Origin: Mytilus trossulus
Taxonomy: Eukaryota
Length of the DNA: 64,000 nt
Direction of reading: 5' to 3'
Assembly (NCBI RefSeq): GCF_036588685.1
Contig: NW_026963290.1
Span: 5,270,001-5,334,000 of the forward strand
Part shown: positions 1 to 25,688 of the stretch, in pieces
How positions within the stretch are numbered: position 1 is the first letter of the stretch
Layout of the letters: the number at the start of each line of letters is the position of its first letter
Made by a program: the position numbers and the translations under genes
Notes under the pieces: generated by a model
Told to the model about the DNA's origin: nothing
The model's input: only the letters and a program-made list of their open reading frames with translations
Databases searched by the model: none

Positions 1-2419
1 TGTTATATTTGTTAATTATTCTCATAGGATTTTGTCTAATGCTTAGTCCGTTTCTGTGAGTGTTACATTTTAATGTTGTGTCTTTGTTCTACTCTTATAT
101 TTAATGCGTTTCCCTCGGTTGAAGTTTGTTACCCCGATTTTGTTTTTTGTCCATGGATTTATGGGTTTTGAACAGTAGTATACTTCTGTTGCCTTTATCT
201 ATTCGTATGTAAAAGCAAAACAATTAATAACCCAGTTCATTTATAGGATTTTAGTTTGGAGCCACTTAAAAAATACCGACATAGCTAGATAATACAATTA
301 ATTATCTAATTACTAAACACAATTCTATATTAATAAAATTGTAAGTGTTATATTATACGTCAAATGTCAAAATTACATACATGATTTTGAACAATATAAA
401 AAAAATGAAATTACCTGTAACGTCACTTTTGTAACATTATCATCGTGTGACAATGTAGATTTTTTACGTTTTCGCTTTTATTCTGTGGTAAGTCCCCACT
501 TTAGTGTTGAGATGAACATCAATTATAAGGTCACTTTTTTATAAATTCACTTTTAGCAAGGGTACGAATTATTCTACTGAAATAGTACGAATTTTCTTGT
601 CCCATGTATAGATATAATTAGTCAGGAAAATGGCAGTTGTTATCTTATACTAGTTGTTTCTGTGTGTGTTACATTATCGTTTTGGTGTTTTGTTGTACTT
701 TAGTGTTTCTGTTATTTCGTTGTTTTCCTCTTATAGTTGATGTGATTACCTCAGCTTTGTAACCCAGAGTTGTTTTTCTCTCAATCGATTTATGATTTTC
801 GAATAGCGGTATTAATTCTACTGTTGCCTTTATTTATTTTTTGTAGTTCAAATAATTATAATATTGCTTTTCCATAGCATTATTGTCATGAACATTGTTT
901 GGACGAATATTGTAAAAAAAATATATGCATACATCCAGATTGCATGTGAGTTATATACTTTGTTTATTTGTTTCTCTGTTCTGAAAAAATAAAAACTCCG
1001 ATGAAAATTCAAAACGGAAAGTCCCTAATCAAATGGCAAAATCAAAAGCTCAACTTATCAAACGAATGGATAACAAATAAACACATCATAGATACCAGGG
1101 CTAAAATTTGTAAATACGCCAGACGCGTGTTTCGTCTAAACAAGACTCATCAGTGACGCTCGAATCCAAAAAAGTTAAAAATGCCAAATACAGTACGAAG
1201 TTGAAAAGCATTGGAAATGCATATTCCTGACTTGGTACAGGTATTTTCTTATGTTGAAGATGGTGGATTGGACCTGGTTTTATAGCTACCTAAACCTCTC
1301 ACTTGTATGATTGTCGCATCAAATTCTATTATATTGACAACGATGTGCGAACAAAACAAACAGACATGATAGGTAAAAATGTCAAATTGACAATAACACA
1401 TCAGTCAACATTGTACTAAAAAACATACAAACATGTAACAAACAGACCAAGGATATCAGTAAAAATTAAAGACAGAATACTCAAATTTACCATAGTACAA
1501 TAACACTGTGACGGGATGTATAAGTACAGAGCCACGTCATATGTAACATGACGAAGAAATATAAAAAGGCATATAGACAAAGTTAGTACAAAGCAAAAAT
1601 GAAAGACGAGCAACAATCAAGTAATCGAAGTAATATATAGGGATAGTAGATCTTCCCATGGTTAGAAAACAAGTGCCTGTGCAAAGCACATTAACAAAAT
1701 GAAGGACAAGACTACGAGAATACGAGAATATCATTAACAATAATGACAGAATGTACAAGTAACTCAAGTATCTTAATACCAATTGCAATAAAAACAAACA
1801 AATGTTTAACAAAGATGCACAAAAAATGCATTGCTTTCTTATTTTTGAATTGTACTTATGTATGTTAAATCCACCCATAAACGATTGAAAGTTTTAAGCA
1901 CTGGGATTGAATGTTCTTGTGTGTGTTTGTGCTGTTTTTCTGTCACGTAGTATTTTAGTTATATTTTGTAACATTGCCATGAAGCGGTTACAGAAACACT
2001 AAAGGGCAACAAAATACTCAATGCAACACACACAGAAACGATCTATAAGTTAAAGTGACTTAGTACAGGACAATGCGCTTTTATCCCTTTTATCCCTTTT
2101 ATGGCAATGTGAAATATAACAATGAAATTAAAACAGTACATGACAGGAATACAGTAGTGATTAGTACAAGACTGATTCAGGACAGAGAAATACAAAAATC
2201 AACAATACAATAGTACATTTCGACATGCTATCCACAGAATAAAAAACGAACACGTAAAACAACACAGGACAGCACACATAAACAGCTCAATAGAACCACG
2301 AACCATCTGTTATACGACTGCATCAACGCAACAAAGTGACGTCACAGGTAAATTTCTAAAAAAAATATAAAATTCAAGATAAGGTTTGTAATTATGTTAG
2401 TTTGATATGTTTTATATCA

Positions 2420-2712
2420 ATCACAAGCACTCTCCTGTATATGAGGTCGGTATAGTGTCAACATACGCAAGCATAACCTGTAAATACAATACGAGAGGGC
2501 AGAGGGTATGTTACTGCTGAGAAATGGAAATTGATGATTGGGAAGTTGTAATCGTCCCGTTTGTTGAGATTTCAGTGTGAAGTCGTCCATTTGTTTCAAT
2601 ATTGAGGTAAAGATCAAGGTATGAAGTAGTCCTTCTGAAATCCTGCTTCATACGAGTACTAAAATAAATCGGTCAGTAGGGATGCACAATTAGTACCCAT
2701 TGGAATACCGAC
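2420..2712 (-). pseudogene. Degenerate reverse-transcriptase fragment of a Penelope-like retroelement
   Basis: The minus strand reads VGIPMGTNCASLL (RT GxPMG motif), then YSYEA, SYLDL and FPFLSSNIPSA (thumb region). It has a stop and frameshifts, and the YxDD segment is missing. Confidence 0.7.
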
Positions 2713-4299
2713 TCACTGTCTGTTGAAATAACAACCCACAATGTTTGCTTAAAATGTCCTGTTCGAAGTAAGGAATATGGCAGTTGTTTTAAATAGTTCG
2801 TTTCTATGTTTGCACGTCGTTGTTCCTGTTGTTCCCTTGTTTTCCTCTTAGAGTTGATGTGTGTCCCTGGTTTTTGGTTTGTAACCCATAAAAATAATTC
2901 TTTTTTTTTTATGTGTAACGATTTATGGTTTTGAACTCCGGTATACTGCTGTTGCCTTTATTTTTTATTTCTGCAAGCAAAATGTCACCTTTATGTGGTG
3001 CACAATTCATTATAAGGTCTACAAGTATCATCTGACCTTGCCCTCATATTATGGTTAATTATCAATGTTAAGTTTTACTGGCAGAGTTTGTTTCTTATAT
3101 ACTTTATTTGTTGTGTCAAATACAGTTGATTCATAGAATGAATGTCAAGTGTACATGCCTGTCTTCCAGGGTTCGTCCGACCTTGACCCCATAGTCATGG
3201 TTCATTGCTTAATATAAAGCTTTTATGGTTTGGTCTGTTTCTTGTTTACTATAAGCAATAATTCAACTACATTCAATGTATGGAATGAATGTAAGGTGTT
3301 AATTTATTTCTGGCTAAATTGTTTTATCCGACATTGACCTCATTTTCTTGGATCATGTTAAGTTAATGTGATCAACGTTATAGTTAGGGCTATCGCATTA
3401 AACCAATGACAGTATAGCAGGCGAGACACTTCAGCGTGTGCACTCTTATTGTATGCAGTTGTTTGAAGACTGTTGTTGGTCTTTTTTGTCATTTTTTGTT
3501 TTTTCATGCCATGATTCTGTCAGCCTCTCCTCGATTTTATTCTCCTGTTATTTCCACTCCACTGGCTGAGGGGGCCGCTCCAGACACGCTTCAGTGATTC
3601 CCTATATAAGCAACCAAATTTTTTTTCAAAAAGGGGGCCCCGGGCCCCCAGCCCCCCCCCCTAAATCCGCCTCTGCACTCATATCTGCCGCCTCTTTTAG
3701 CCTAATATGCTTTCAAAGAGATGTTTCATTAAGCCTTAAAATATGTCATATGTTAAATGAAAAATGTGTCTTGAAGGTGCGGACTCTTGGCGTACGATGT
3801 GTTGATGTATGGACCTACTGTATCTAGTGTCGCTCTTTGTCGCTCAATGACTTAAGAGAACTATGAGGACTTTAATTCCAATTTTATTTTCATTTCTGTC
3901 CTTGAAGTATATATATTATAACGTATGTGTGTGTGTGTTTCGGGGGGGGGGGGGGGGTTAGTTAATAATTCTAACCAAGTTTTTTTTCTTATTGTCTTGT
4001 TACATCTGTACTTTTACTACTAGTATCTTTAATGTTTTGCACATGGTGTTGATTGTTTCTAGTCGGCTGATAGTTTAAACATTTAGGATCCATTTATGGT
4101 TAACAAAGTATATTTCGGTTTTTCCTGCAGTTTGCAGCTGATGCTTCGTGTGTTTTAGTTTTCATTTTCTTGTCGGGGTGCTGTAGAGATGTCAAGTGAT
4201 GTTTTTTGTAGTGAGGTAAAACTGGTATCAGTGTGAAAAGCAGTTGAACCATAACTTAATGAATTATGGTCTGAATGGGTTGTCACAACTGAAACAATT

Positions 4300-4428
4300 C
4301 CACCATACATAAATGTTCCCATTATACATAAATGTTCCCACCATATATACATAAATGTTCCCACCATACATAAATGTTCCCACCATTCATAAATGTTCCC
4401 ACCATACATAAATGTTCCCACCATATAT
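4300..4428. repeat. Minisatellite, ~21-24 bp unit (CCACCATACATAAATGTTC)
   Basis: About 6 head-to-tail copies are visible; they produce the repetitive spurious ORF 4155..4478. Confidence 0.9.
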
Positions 4429-6714
4429 ACTCGACATCCTGTATGTCTTGGCAGTTGATTTAAGAAATCATTGGTCACAAATATCGAATTCTAGACTCTG
4501 TCGTATAAGGTCACGCACAGCTCAGATGTTCTGGATCCGCATTCAATGACGAATCCAGAACTTTGTGAAAAAAGGGGCACTTACTGACCTAAGGGAGGCC
4601 CCGCTCCAGTCATTTCATATACAATGTATAATCAACAAAATTTTCCCCACAAAAGTTAATATAATGGTCATAAGGGAAATAAGAAAGAAAGCCAATCCCA
4701 TCTATGGCCAACTTTGCTTGAGTGAGTAAGAGTTCGGAAAATCTATTCGGCATGCATGGAGGTCCTTGACTTAAATCCTCATTATTCATTCTAATGCAAA
4801 ATACCATATTGGGTTCGTCTTTTGCAAAATGTTTGTGGAGAAATCCTTCAAACCACCACTTTGACTAAACTAAACTATGACTAAAAGTAGCCTACAAATC
4901 ATAACCAAATACATTTGAATTATTTGTCTAGGGAAGTAAGAAATTTATGTTGTTAACAATTTTTATCAAGAAGAAAACAAAATTAAGAAATGAATTTTAC
5001 AAATCAGATCAGTACCGAGCACTGACTTCTGAGTTGGTAATACCATCGGAGACTTTAATAGTCAACCAGCAGCGATTTCAATCCCGTGCTATAAAAAATA
5101 AAAATGTTAACATAGCGGTGTTTGCTGTGCGGTGTTAGCCAATGCTCCGTGTTGAAGACCGAGCGCTTCGGACGCAAGAAATTATCAAACGTGTTGTTTT
5201 CATTATTTTACCATCACTGGGTTCGAATCGTGAGAATCTTTAATTTTATAAGATATCATCTACTAATTACTAAGTTTAATGTATATTATCCAATTTGATG
5301 GTCTGTTCAGACTTTGATCTAAAAAGTTGCGATACCTCTGCTGGTGGACTATCAGTCCCCGAGGGTACCATCAGCTAAGTAGTCAGTACTTCGATAATGA
5401 CATGATTTAACAAACTTTACTCAAATTGTCCGTTAATAAATTTTGAATTTATTAAAGAAACTTAGGTTTCAATTCCCTGAGGCAAAATTGCTCTTCAACG
5501 GTTTCGGTACTTCTACATCTTTGGATTTCAAATGTTTGGCTTTGAGCGTTAACTCCTGCATGATGGAGGTAAATCCAGAAAAGCGCTTCGTACGCAAGAC
5601 ATTATTAAACGTGTTGTTTTCAACTTTTGACCTATAATGGTTTATTTTTATAAATTGTGACTTAGATGGAGATTGTCTCATTGGCAGTCATACCACATCT
5701 TCCTATATCTATATCCCACATTTAAATAAGGCCAAATAAATTGCAGTGTGGTTCCGTCGTAACCAAATCTTCCGAGTAGGTAGGTAGGTAGGTATTTTTG
5801 TGTACAGTGAGTCTATATATATATGGGCCTGAGGGAGCAACATTTTGACCTTAATTTAATGTAAAATAACAAAAAATCTTTAGAGTAGGCTATCATTTAG
5901 ACTAAAAAGTAGGGTTGGTAGGGTCTATCTATCGATCTACATAATACTTCTTAACTTCAATATGTTGAAGATTACAAGAAGGCACATACTAGGGAAAAAA
6001 TATAAAAACTAAACATATTTACAATAACTGCAAAAAACATATATTTTTTTTAAATTTGTATATAGATAAAAACATGATTTGGTTTAACAATACGTATATA
6101 TATATGTGGTTTTGCACCAGACTTAAAAGCTTCTAAGTCTGGGCTACAGGCCATCCTTGGTATGGCAGGGAAATCCACAACCTTATTGTTCTAGGAAAAA
6201 AATGAATATAATTAAATGATAGTTTGTGGGGGAGAATGGCTGTATAAATGTATGTTCTTTAGGTGGTATTAGGTATGTAACTGGAACCACACATACATTT
6301 TTATTTTGTCTAATGTATTATTTCAAGTATCACCAAATTAGGCAAAATGCAAATTCACAAAGAAAATTAGAATAGAACTTATGCCAAAAAAGTACATAAA
6401 ATCAACAGGTCACGGGCGGCATCTATCCGTATAACAGGGGATTCCAACCTTTTGATCCCATTCAAAAGCACTGATCGTTAATTAACGCGCACCTGGACAC
6501 CCTCCCCCCTTTGGATACGCCACTGGACCTCTACATTTTGTTTTACCGAAGGATAGAAGTCAAAATTTGAAGGTGAACAAAAACTTTCTAGATTGAAATG
6601 TTTATTTATTTTTTATCGAAATTTTATTTTCGAATTTTATTTTCAAGTTGCAAAATCACGAAAACATAAAATCTTTATTCATGTCAAAACAAAAATATCC
6701 TTAATGTGCCTCTT

Positions 6715-7152
6715 GTTAACGTCATACGTCAACTGTCTCGTGTTGCATATTTTACGAGTACGGAAAGTGCCGAACAGGCTTATTCTCTCGTGTGATTGGT
6801 TAAAAATTGTACTCTCGTGATATCACGAAGATTCACGGCCATGTTCTCGCCCGTCATTGTAGATCACCCATTGGAAACCAAATTTGCATTAACATTGTGC
6901 TATCGATTAACAAATCGGGTTGAATAATAGTGGAAATAGAACCCTTTAACTAATTTAAATGTGCCCATATATTCTTCATTGAATTTTGATGGAAAAAGAC
7001 ATATGTAATAAGTGAATACTGGACTTAAAAGTGAATATAAACCTTCGTTTATCTTGATTTCCTTGGAATATTTACGAGCGCCATTTGGGAGATGTGACTG
7101 ACAGGCTACATCTAAGAATATCAGTTTTAATGACTTTTAATCCTTCTAGATC
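6715..7152 (+). promoter_or_regulatory. Putative GSK3 promoter / 5' UTR
   Basis: Locally CpG-richer stretch upstream of ATG 7153 with three TCTCGTG motifs, a reverse CCAAT (ATTGG) and a YY1-like CGCCATTT near 7079. Confidence 0.5.
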
Positions 7153-18395
<11,243 letters not shown>

Positions 18396-21300
18396 AGATA
18401 TAGTACGATTTTAGTGAATCTACAGCAGGGATGTCACCAATGAATAGTTTTACAATGATGTGATATGATAAAAATTCGTTGATTGGAGATTGGCATGTTT
18501 TAATTTTGATCATCCTCTTACTGCAAGTAAAACATTGGGATGATGATGATGATAAATTGTTGACGGATATTGTTGAAGCTTGTGATTATAGAAAACAATT
18601 TTTATCTGAAATAATCAATGGCATTTTTATCCACGATTTTATTAGTTATATTCATACAGAGTATGAAATTTTTAATAATGATTGTTCAGCGGATGCCAAA
18701 TAGACTCCAATCATACTGCCGAACATTTGTTTGACGGACAGAGTTTGCATGAGTGTGTAAATGAATGAATGAATTGTTGTGAATGTTACTTGTTATAGCA
18801 GTACAGAGTACCAGTATACAGAAGAAAGCATTGTAGACATTACCTATTTTTCGGGCCGACTACAATGCTTACTTTCTAAGGTTGGGGAGCATTTTTAGTA
18901 AAGTGCTTTCTTGCCTATAAGTTATGATGATAGTCCTAACTTCGATGTCTCCTTATTACTTAATCTGCATTCTATCGATTCAGTTTTATATAACAAAGAA
19001 ATTGATGGAATGTAGTATGTGATTCATATTTTTATTTATTTGAGCAGAACTTACTTTGAAAGTGAAGAAATTGTTTTATTTAAACAAGGAGTACTGCATC
19101 ATATGGATTACATTAAGAAAGAGAGAAAAATACTGATAGTATGTAATATATTTATTGTTGGGGCTATTCAAGAAAATGTCCTGGGTCCTTTGAAGGCATT
19201 AATTTTTGAGGATGATAGGGCAAGGTGAAATTATTTCAGTGAATTTAAATAAATAATATGTTGATGTTAGGAATCAGAAAAACGTTCCTTAAACATGTTA
19301 AAAGAAATCAATTTTTTGGGAACATCCAGATTTTTTGATATTTTCCATGAAAAGGACTAACTGAATTTCAGTCTATCAATATTGGGACAAATGTTTCCTG
19401 TGATTTTTTATGCTCTTTTGAGATTTGTTTTTGTGTTTCCTTCTCTTATGCTCAATAATTTAACAGATAGATAGTACAGCTTTGGTTATGTAAGAAACTA
19501 TGATATGCATGATGTAGCAAGTTTTTTAAGTCCAGAGTATGTAAATATTGAATTCAGGACATGGATTTTTATTTGCAGCTAAATTCTACAATAAGGAGTA
19601 AATAAATACAGCTAGCTTAGGAATTAAAAATGCATCTGAATTTTACACATATTCAGTTATAATAATCATAGTAAATGACGCAAAAAGGTTCTTCCTCTAG
19701 TTTTTTTTCTAGAAAGAATCCAGAAGCTGACTTATTCGAAAGTGATTTATAGTTTTATTTTTACACATTACCATAAACCAATCTTACAATCAACTGTTTT
19801 TACACGTTTTATTAGACCTTTCACTATTTTAAATGAGATGAATGTTATTTTACTGCAGGTTAACAGCCATATTGGCACACTGGTCCACAACTATGATCAC
19901 ATGCTGATTTAAACAGAACAAAAATCTAAATGCAGAAGTGTATGCCTTCTTCTTTCAGCTTTAATTTAAAGAACACTATTGTTTCACACTAGTAATCGGA
20001 AACAAATAGAAAAGGGAGCTTCAAATTAAAGGAGAATTTTCCCGTTATATGTTCTAATAGTATTTATTGATTATGTGATTTTATGAACATAATGAAAGCG
20101 TTGACACAGTATGTATGAATCCTTGGAACAAGAGGTCACTACAATGTTGTAAAATTTCCTTGACATCTATTTATTTGCATTAGCAAAGACACTGTTTCTT
20201 ATCTTCCATTCATGTTATTTATTATTTTCTATATTGTAACATTTTTTTCTATTGAAAATATTAGTGGAATATATTAATACAAATGAATTCAGTCTCCAAA
20301 TAAAAGGAAAAGTGTTTTGTTACTAGTCAGGAGTGGATTTCACAAAAAAAACTTCAGACTAAGATTGGTTGTACATGTTAGTCCTAAACAATACAGTTTA
20401 CTGATGATCAATCTTAGTCATAAGTTTTTTTTTGAAACTGACTCCAGATTCCTTTTCTGTCTAAGACTTTGGACCTAGAGTTTTGGGGATTGGTTTAAAT
20501 ATCATTATTTGTACTTTTTATCTTAAAAAAAAGTTAACTTGAAAGATAATTTTACAGACTTTCAATTGATAAAAACTGAAAAAAATAAATCCTGAAAATA
20601 CTAAAAATATGTTGCTAATGTGTTATTGTTATTTTTTCTTTGTGGTAAAGAATTTAAAATAGAATAAATAATTTGTCTGATTTTGTCTACTTATTTTTAT
20701 ATTATTCTAATAAATTATTAATGACTTGATTATGAAAATGAAAATAGAAAAATATAAATGTTATACCAAAAAGTTAAGTGTCAAGTCTTTTCTATGCCAA
20801 TACTATGTTCTTTACTTCTTAAATTGTTTTTAAACATTGTACAATGAAAGTTTATAGAAAAACATTTCAATTCAATGTTTTGTGATATGTTTAAATCAGA
20901 CTGGAATCTTCAATGACAAGTCTTATATTGAATTAAGATTCTATAAAATTGTTTCCAGCCATTTACATTTCATGAATCATTATAATGGTATAAAAATAGA
21001 AATCTTAAATTTGAATCAGTTACAATTTATTTTACCTATAAGATTTCTTTTAAGTCATTTCACTTTCTTTCTTTTTTGAAATTTGTACAAACGATGAATA
21101 ACAAATCCTTAGTGAAAAACTATTTTTAAGGAATAAATCTGAAAAAGAACAAGGCACTTTTACACGAGACATTTTAAATTCAGATTCTGCAAGAAAAACA
21201 TTGTTTTCATTACATAACCAGTATTATAATCACAGTAATCGATCACATGCAGTGACATATTTCTGTCCTGAGATTGAAAACATGTCAGCACTGTATTCTA

Positions 21301-24300
21301 GTTGACATAGTGAATAATATTTAGTAAATTCTGTGTAATTTGAACATTATGATCAGTGAGGAAAGGTGTTTGTTTTAGACACATTTCACTGTAGTTACTA
21401 TGAATACGTGCATTTTAGGTGACCACATCTGTTCAGTTGTGTATGATGTAAAATGTTGGTAAATAAAAATTAAAGATGACAATAAATCTATGTCTTTTTA
21501 TGTCTATTGAAATGATGTTCTAATTTATTAATAATCAGGTTTTTATGGCCTTCAACATTGAGCAAAACAATACCGCACAGCAAGCTATTAAAGCTATAGG
21601 ATTCTGCTTCATAATATTTCGAAAATGATCCTTAATTCATGTACAATTTTATGAACATTCTATGGGCATTATGCTTTTCAGTCTTCATTTATTTTTCTAT
21701 TTGTTCATGCATCTGTCTGTCTGTCTGTCTTGCTCTCCAGGTTAAAGATTTTGGTCATGGTCGTTTTTGATTAAATTGAAGTTTCTCATAATAAGATTCC
21801 TCTAATTTTATTGCCAAATTAAGAGTTTTGACCCCAATTTCATGGTCAACTGAACATAGAAAATGATAAGATGATAGGAGCATCCATTTTTTATGGACAC
21901 ATGTAATAACTTGAGAACTAGTCTTGCTGTTCTTTTCAAATTTAGATATTTGGTTTCTGGATGAGAAAGTGTGTTGTTTGATCTTGACAATATCCACTTA
22001 TGCTGTTCAGGAGTTGTGGCATATGCTAACTTTTACAATGACACATTGTTATACCATTATACACATGTCACTATAACAAACATTATACTTAGTTACTTGT
22101 CCAGTAGTGGATTTGCTTCTATCCAAGATTTCAACCCTACAGCTAGGTCAAAATTTGAAAAGATGAAAATTTTGACTAAGTACATCAGGAAGGCATACAA
22201 GACCCTGCATTTTTTACAAAGTACCTAGCAACCATAGATTTCTGGTATCAGCAGAGCAGCATCTTTTAACAGGAGCATTCTGATTTTAATATATTGCTAT
22301 TCCAAATTTTGATGCGAGTATCATTTGCACTTTAATCAAAGTTTAATGACTACTCAGTCAAATAAATTCCCTTATATAAATCAATATCAACGACTGGTGG
22401 TGTCTTATCCTTGGTAATCTCTTGAATTTATTCATCAAGACCTTCATTTTAACTACAAAGATGAAATACAAGCCAAACCAAACAACCAATTTTATTAAAT
22501 TTTACAGAACTGGAATGTCTTCTAAAAATTTTATCATTTTATTTCAACAGGAAGAAAAACATGTTGCAAATGACAAATTTTCAAAAGTTCTGATACTACA
22601 AGCCAATAATTTCTACTGGGAGAACCTCTACAAATTCCTAGTTGCCTCATTTAGAAGTTGTGCAGTTGGTAAACATGGGGGGTATTTGTGACACATTAAA
22701 GTTTCCAGTTACTGTATAGAAATCATTTTTTCATCCTCTCCATAGGGAAATTTGGGCAAAAGTCCTCAGTGTTTTGACTAGAAACATAGTGGCCAAAAGC
22801 AATCTTTTACCCTGATTTCAACAATTTTAATAATAACTTATTTTGCACAATTTTACACCTTTCCTAGATTGATAATAACATTTGAAAATTTATGAAAGTC
22901 AAGACTTGCAATCTTTCTAAATATAAAGTGGGTCTCATTTGGGTCTAAGCATGACGCGGGTTTGCTGAATTTTTTGTAAGTGTGACACGTGAAAGTCAAA
23001 TTATTGTATCTTGAAAACGGGAAATGAGGTCTTGCGGGCCCGGTAAATGAAAAAAAAAATGAGAATTGCTTATGTACATACATTGTAGTGTAAGCAGGAT
23101 ACAGGAATCTGACAAAACAGCAAGCAGGATCCGGGATCATAACCCCCCAATGAGACCCCCTATAAATGAGTAGCTGATTATATTATACAGGTAATATGGT
23201 TGAGAGCTTCTTTTCCAAAAAATAGGGGTACAAAAATATACCTTTTGATTGTCCTCTCTGTGATCTTTTTACTTGTGTAACTATCTATTTAGAGATTTCA
23301 TAGTTGTTGTGAATGACAACTATTCTCATGGCATATCAATCGTTTTTTTGGATATGGCAAAATCTATGTTTTGTTTCATAACCCACAAACATCATTCTGA
23401 TCAATCTAAAAGTATTATAAACAATTAAAAGAGCTGGGGGGTATTGTGAGACATGAGCCCAAAGACACAATTTCAAACAACCAATTTCTGAAGAGTCTCC
23501 AGAGATTTTTTGAATGGTGTGTGTTAAAACACCACTTTCAGCATTATGTCTACATCATGGAGGCCAGTTTTTATTGGTGAAGGAAACCAATTTATTTTGT
23601 TGAGGAGCGCATGAAAAGAACCAACAATGTTAAGCAGAAATCCAAGTCAAATAATAATATTTAATAGTTTTAAAAATAGGAGTTACAGATGAAAGACCAT
23701 GCATGACATTTGGATTGGCAAACCCAAGGACTAAATATCAATGATACTGGTGTCAGCAAAATACAGCGAAGAGCGAGATATAATTGTAGTTATGAACCAA
23801 TTGCAGTGAAAAAAAGAACACACACAATAATAGAATGGTATTTTATTTAATATTGTAAAAGGTAAACATACATATTATAACATGTAAAATCAAATATTCA
23901 AAATTAACTTTCCATTAAAAAAAACATCTAATGGATTATTGTAATCAAATCAAAATCTCTACTCAAAAATTTTATGAAGAAAACATAAAAGTTGAAGTTT
24001 TAATCAGTGTAGTTCAATTTTTGTCTCCAAAACTGGATGAAGATACAATTGGTTATTTGAATGATGACAAAAACAAAGTAGAAAGTTATTTTAAAGAGCA
24101 TTTACAGAGGTTATGTTTCATAATTTATTTTCATAACTATTTTTCCTAATCAGCAGCTATTGGCTATTATAAGATATTTTGGTAAAATTAAAATCACAAA
24201 AATACTGAACTCGGAGGGAAAATCAAGAAAGGTCCCAATTGGGTATTTTTAGCATTTTATTTTTACAACCTTTTTGATGTGTCACAAATTTTTGTAACAC

Positions 24301-24917
24301 AGTCAAAGTTCGATGGTAGCTGATCGATAGTTTTTTTGTATTTTAGGGATAATGACTTTTTTAAGCTGGGGGGAATTAAAAGGAGTAATGAAAGCATAAC
24401 TATAAATATTCTTTTCTTTAAAGCAAAAACAAATCAGGTCTTTCTTATACCCCAAAAAATTAAAAACCCTTGCCATGATTATATAAAAGTTAATTTTGTG
24501 ATTGAATAAACAAATATTTCATAAATAAGGTACAAGCTGAGGACAAAATGTACAGTTGACTTGGATCAAAGTAGTATAATAAATAAATGACAATGCCAAT
24601 ATTGAGCCTTGATATGTTTTTGTTAATGAATTTATCAATAACCGGAAAACAAATATGAATACTGTTTATTTAGTTAATATCTAGATGTTTTTATCATTGA
24701 GATATTATAATAGGGGGTATGTTTTGAAAAAATGGACAGTAAAATTTGGTATCATTTTTTGTATCAAGCATTTCCCGGAATCATAAAAACAAGTCTCACA
24801 TTATTTCATCAATTGCATTTGATCAACAACTGCAAGAATAATAGTATGAAAATGTCTGACTTACAATACTACATATACTAAGAGATGAAAACAAATCATA
24901 ACAGATAAATTGGTAAA

Positions 24918-25688
24918 AAAATTTGTAAGGGTTCGGCGGAACCCAGTGTCTCGCCTATTTTTGCTGTAAATCGCAGGCTCAACAACAATGAGGAGAAAAT
25001 CAATAAAATATTCCTCTTGTTACTATTTTATGATTGTAAGAAAATCTAAGTCCATTTAAAAGTAAATTACAGAAAAAACTGAGTATTTTTTTACAAACTT
25101 TACTACTGGATACAATCTTATGATCATAAATAAGCTTCTGTCAAAGTTTGGTACAAACCCAGGATAGTTTAAGAAAGTTATTAAAATTTAAAAACTTTAA
25201 CCACAGAGTGAATGTAATGGTTCCCGCAGAAAAACTACGTCCATTTAAAAGTAAAATATGGAAAAAATGGATTTATCAATTTACAAAATTTACTTCTGAA
25301 TACTATCTTATGATCATAAACAAGCTTCTGTCCAAGTTTGGTACAAAGCCAGGATAGTTGGAGAAAGTTATTTTAAAAATTCTAAAAACTTTAACCACAG
25401 AGTGAATGTTTTGTTTCCCAGCAGAAAAAACTAAGTCCATTTATAGTAAAATACGGAAAAAATGGATTTTTTTTTTACAAAATTTACTTCTGAATACTAT
25501 CTTATGATCATAAACAAGCTTCTGTCAAAGTTTGGTAGAAATCCAGTATAGATTAAGAAAGTTATTAAAATTTCAAAAACTTTAACCACAGAGTGATTAT
25601 TTGTTGACGCCGCCGCCGACACAGACGATGACGGAATGTAGGATCGCTTAGTCTCGCTTTTTCAACTAAAGTCGAAGGCTCGACAAAA
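24918..25688 (-). mobile_element. Helentron/HINE-like non-autonomous element with internal ~185-bp tandem array, copy 1
   Basis: GTCTCGC motif near both ends, terminal hairpin (TTCAACTAAAGTCGAA), GCC/GAC microsatellite, 3-4 internal repeats containing ATGATCATAAACAAGCTTCTGTC, and A/T-run flanks. It is the reverse complement of 60966-61652. Confidence 0.75.

Noticed and set aside
4155-4478. 107-aa ORF, or a CRISPR-like array
   Set aside because: It is a head-to-tail minisatellite with no unique spacers, in eukaryotic DNA with no cas genes.
25148-25357. Short ORFs inside HINE-like and other repeats (also 60958..61161, 36795..37248, 56260..56451)
   Set aside because: They lie wholly within non-coding repeat units and carry no protein motifs.
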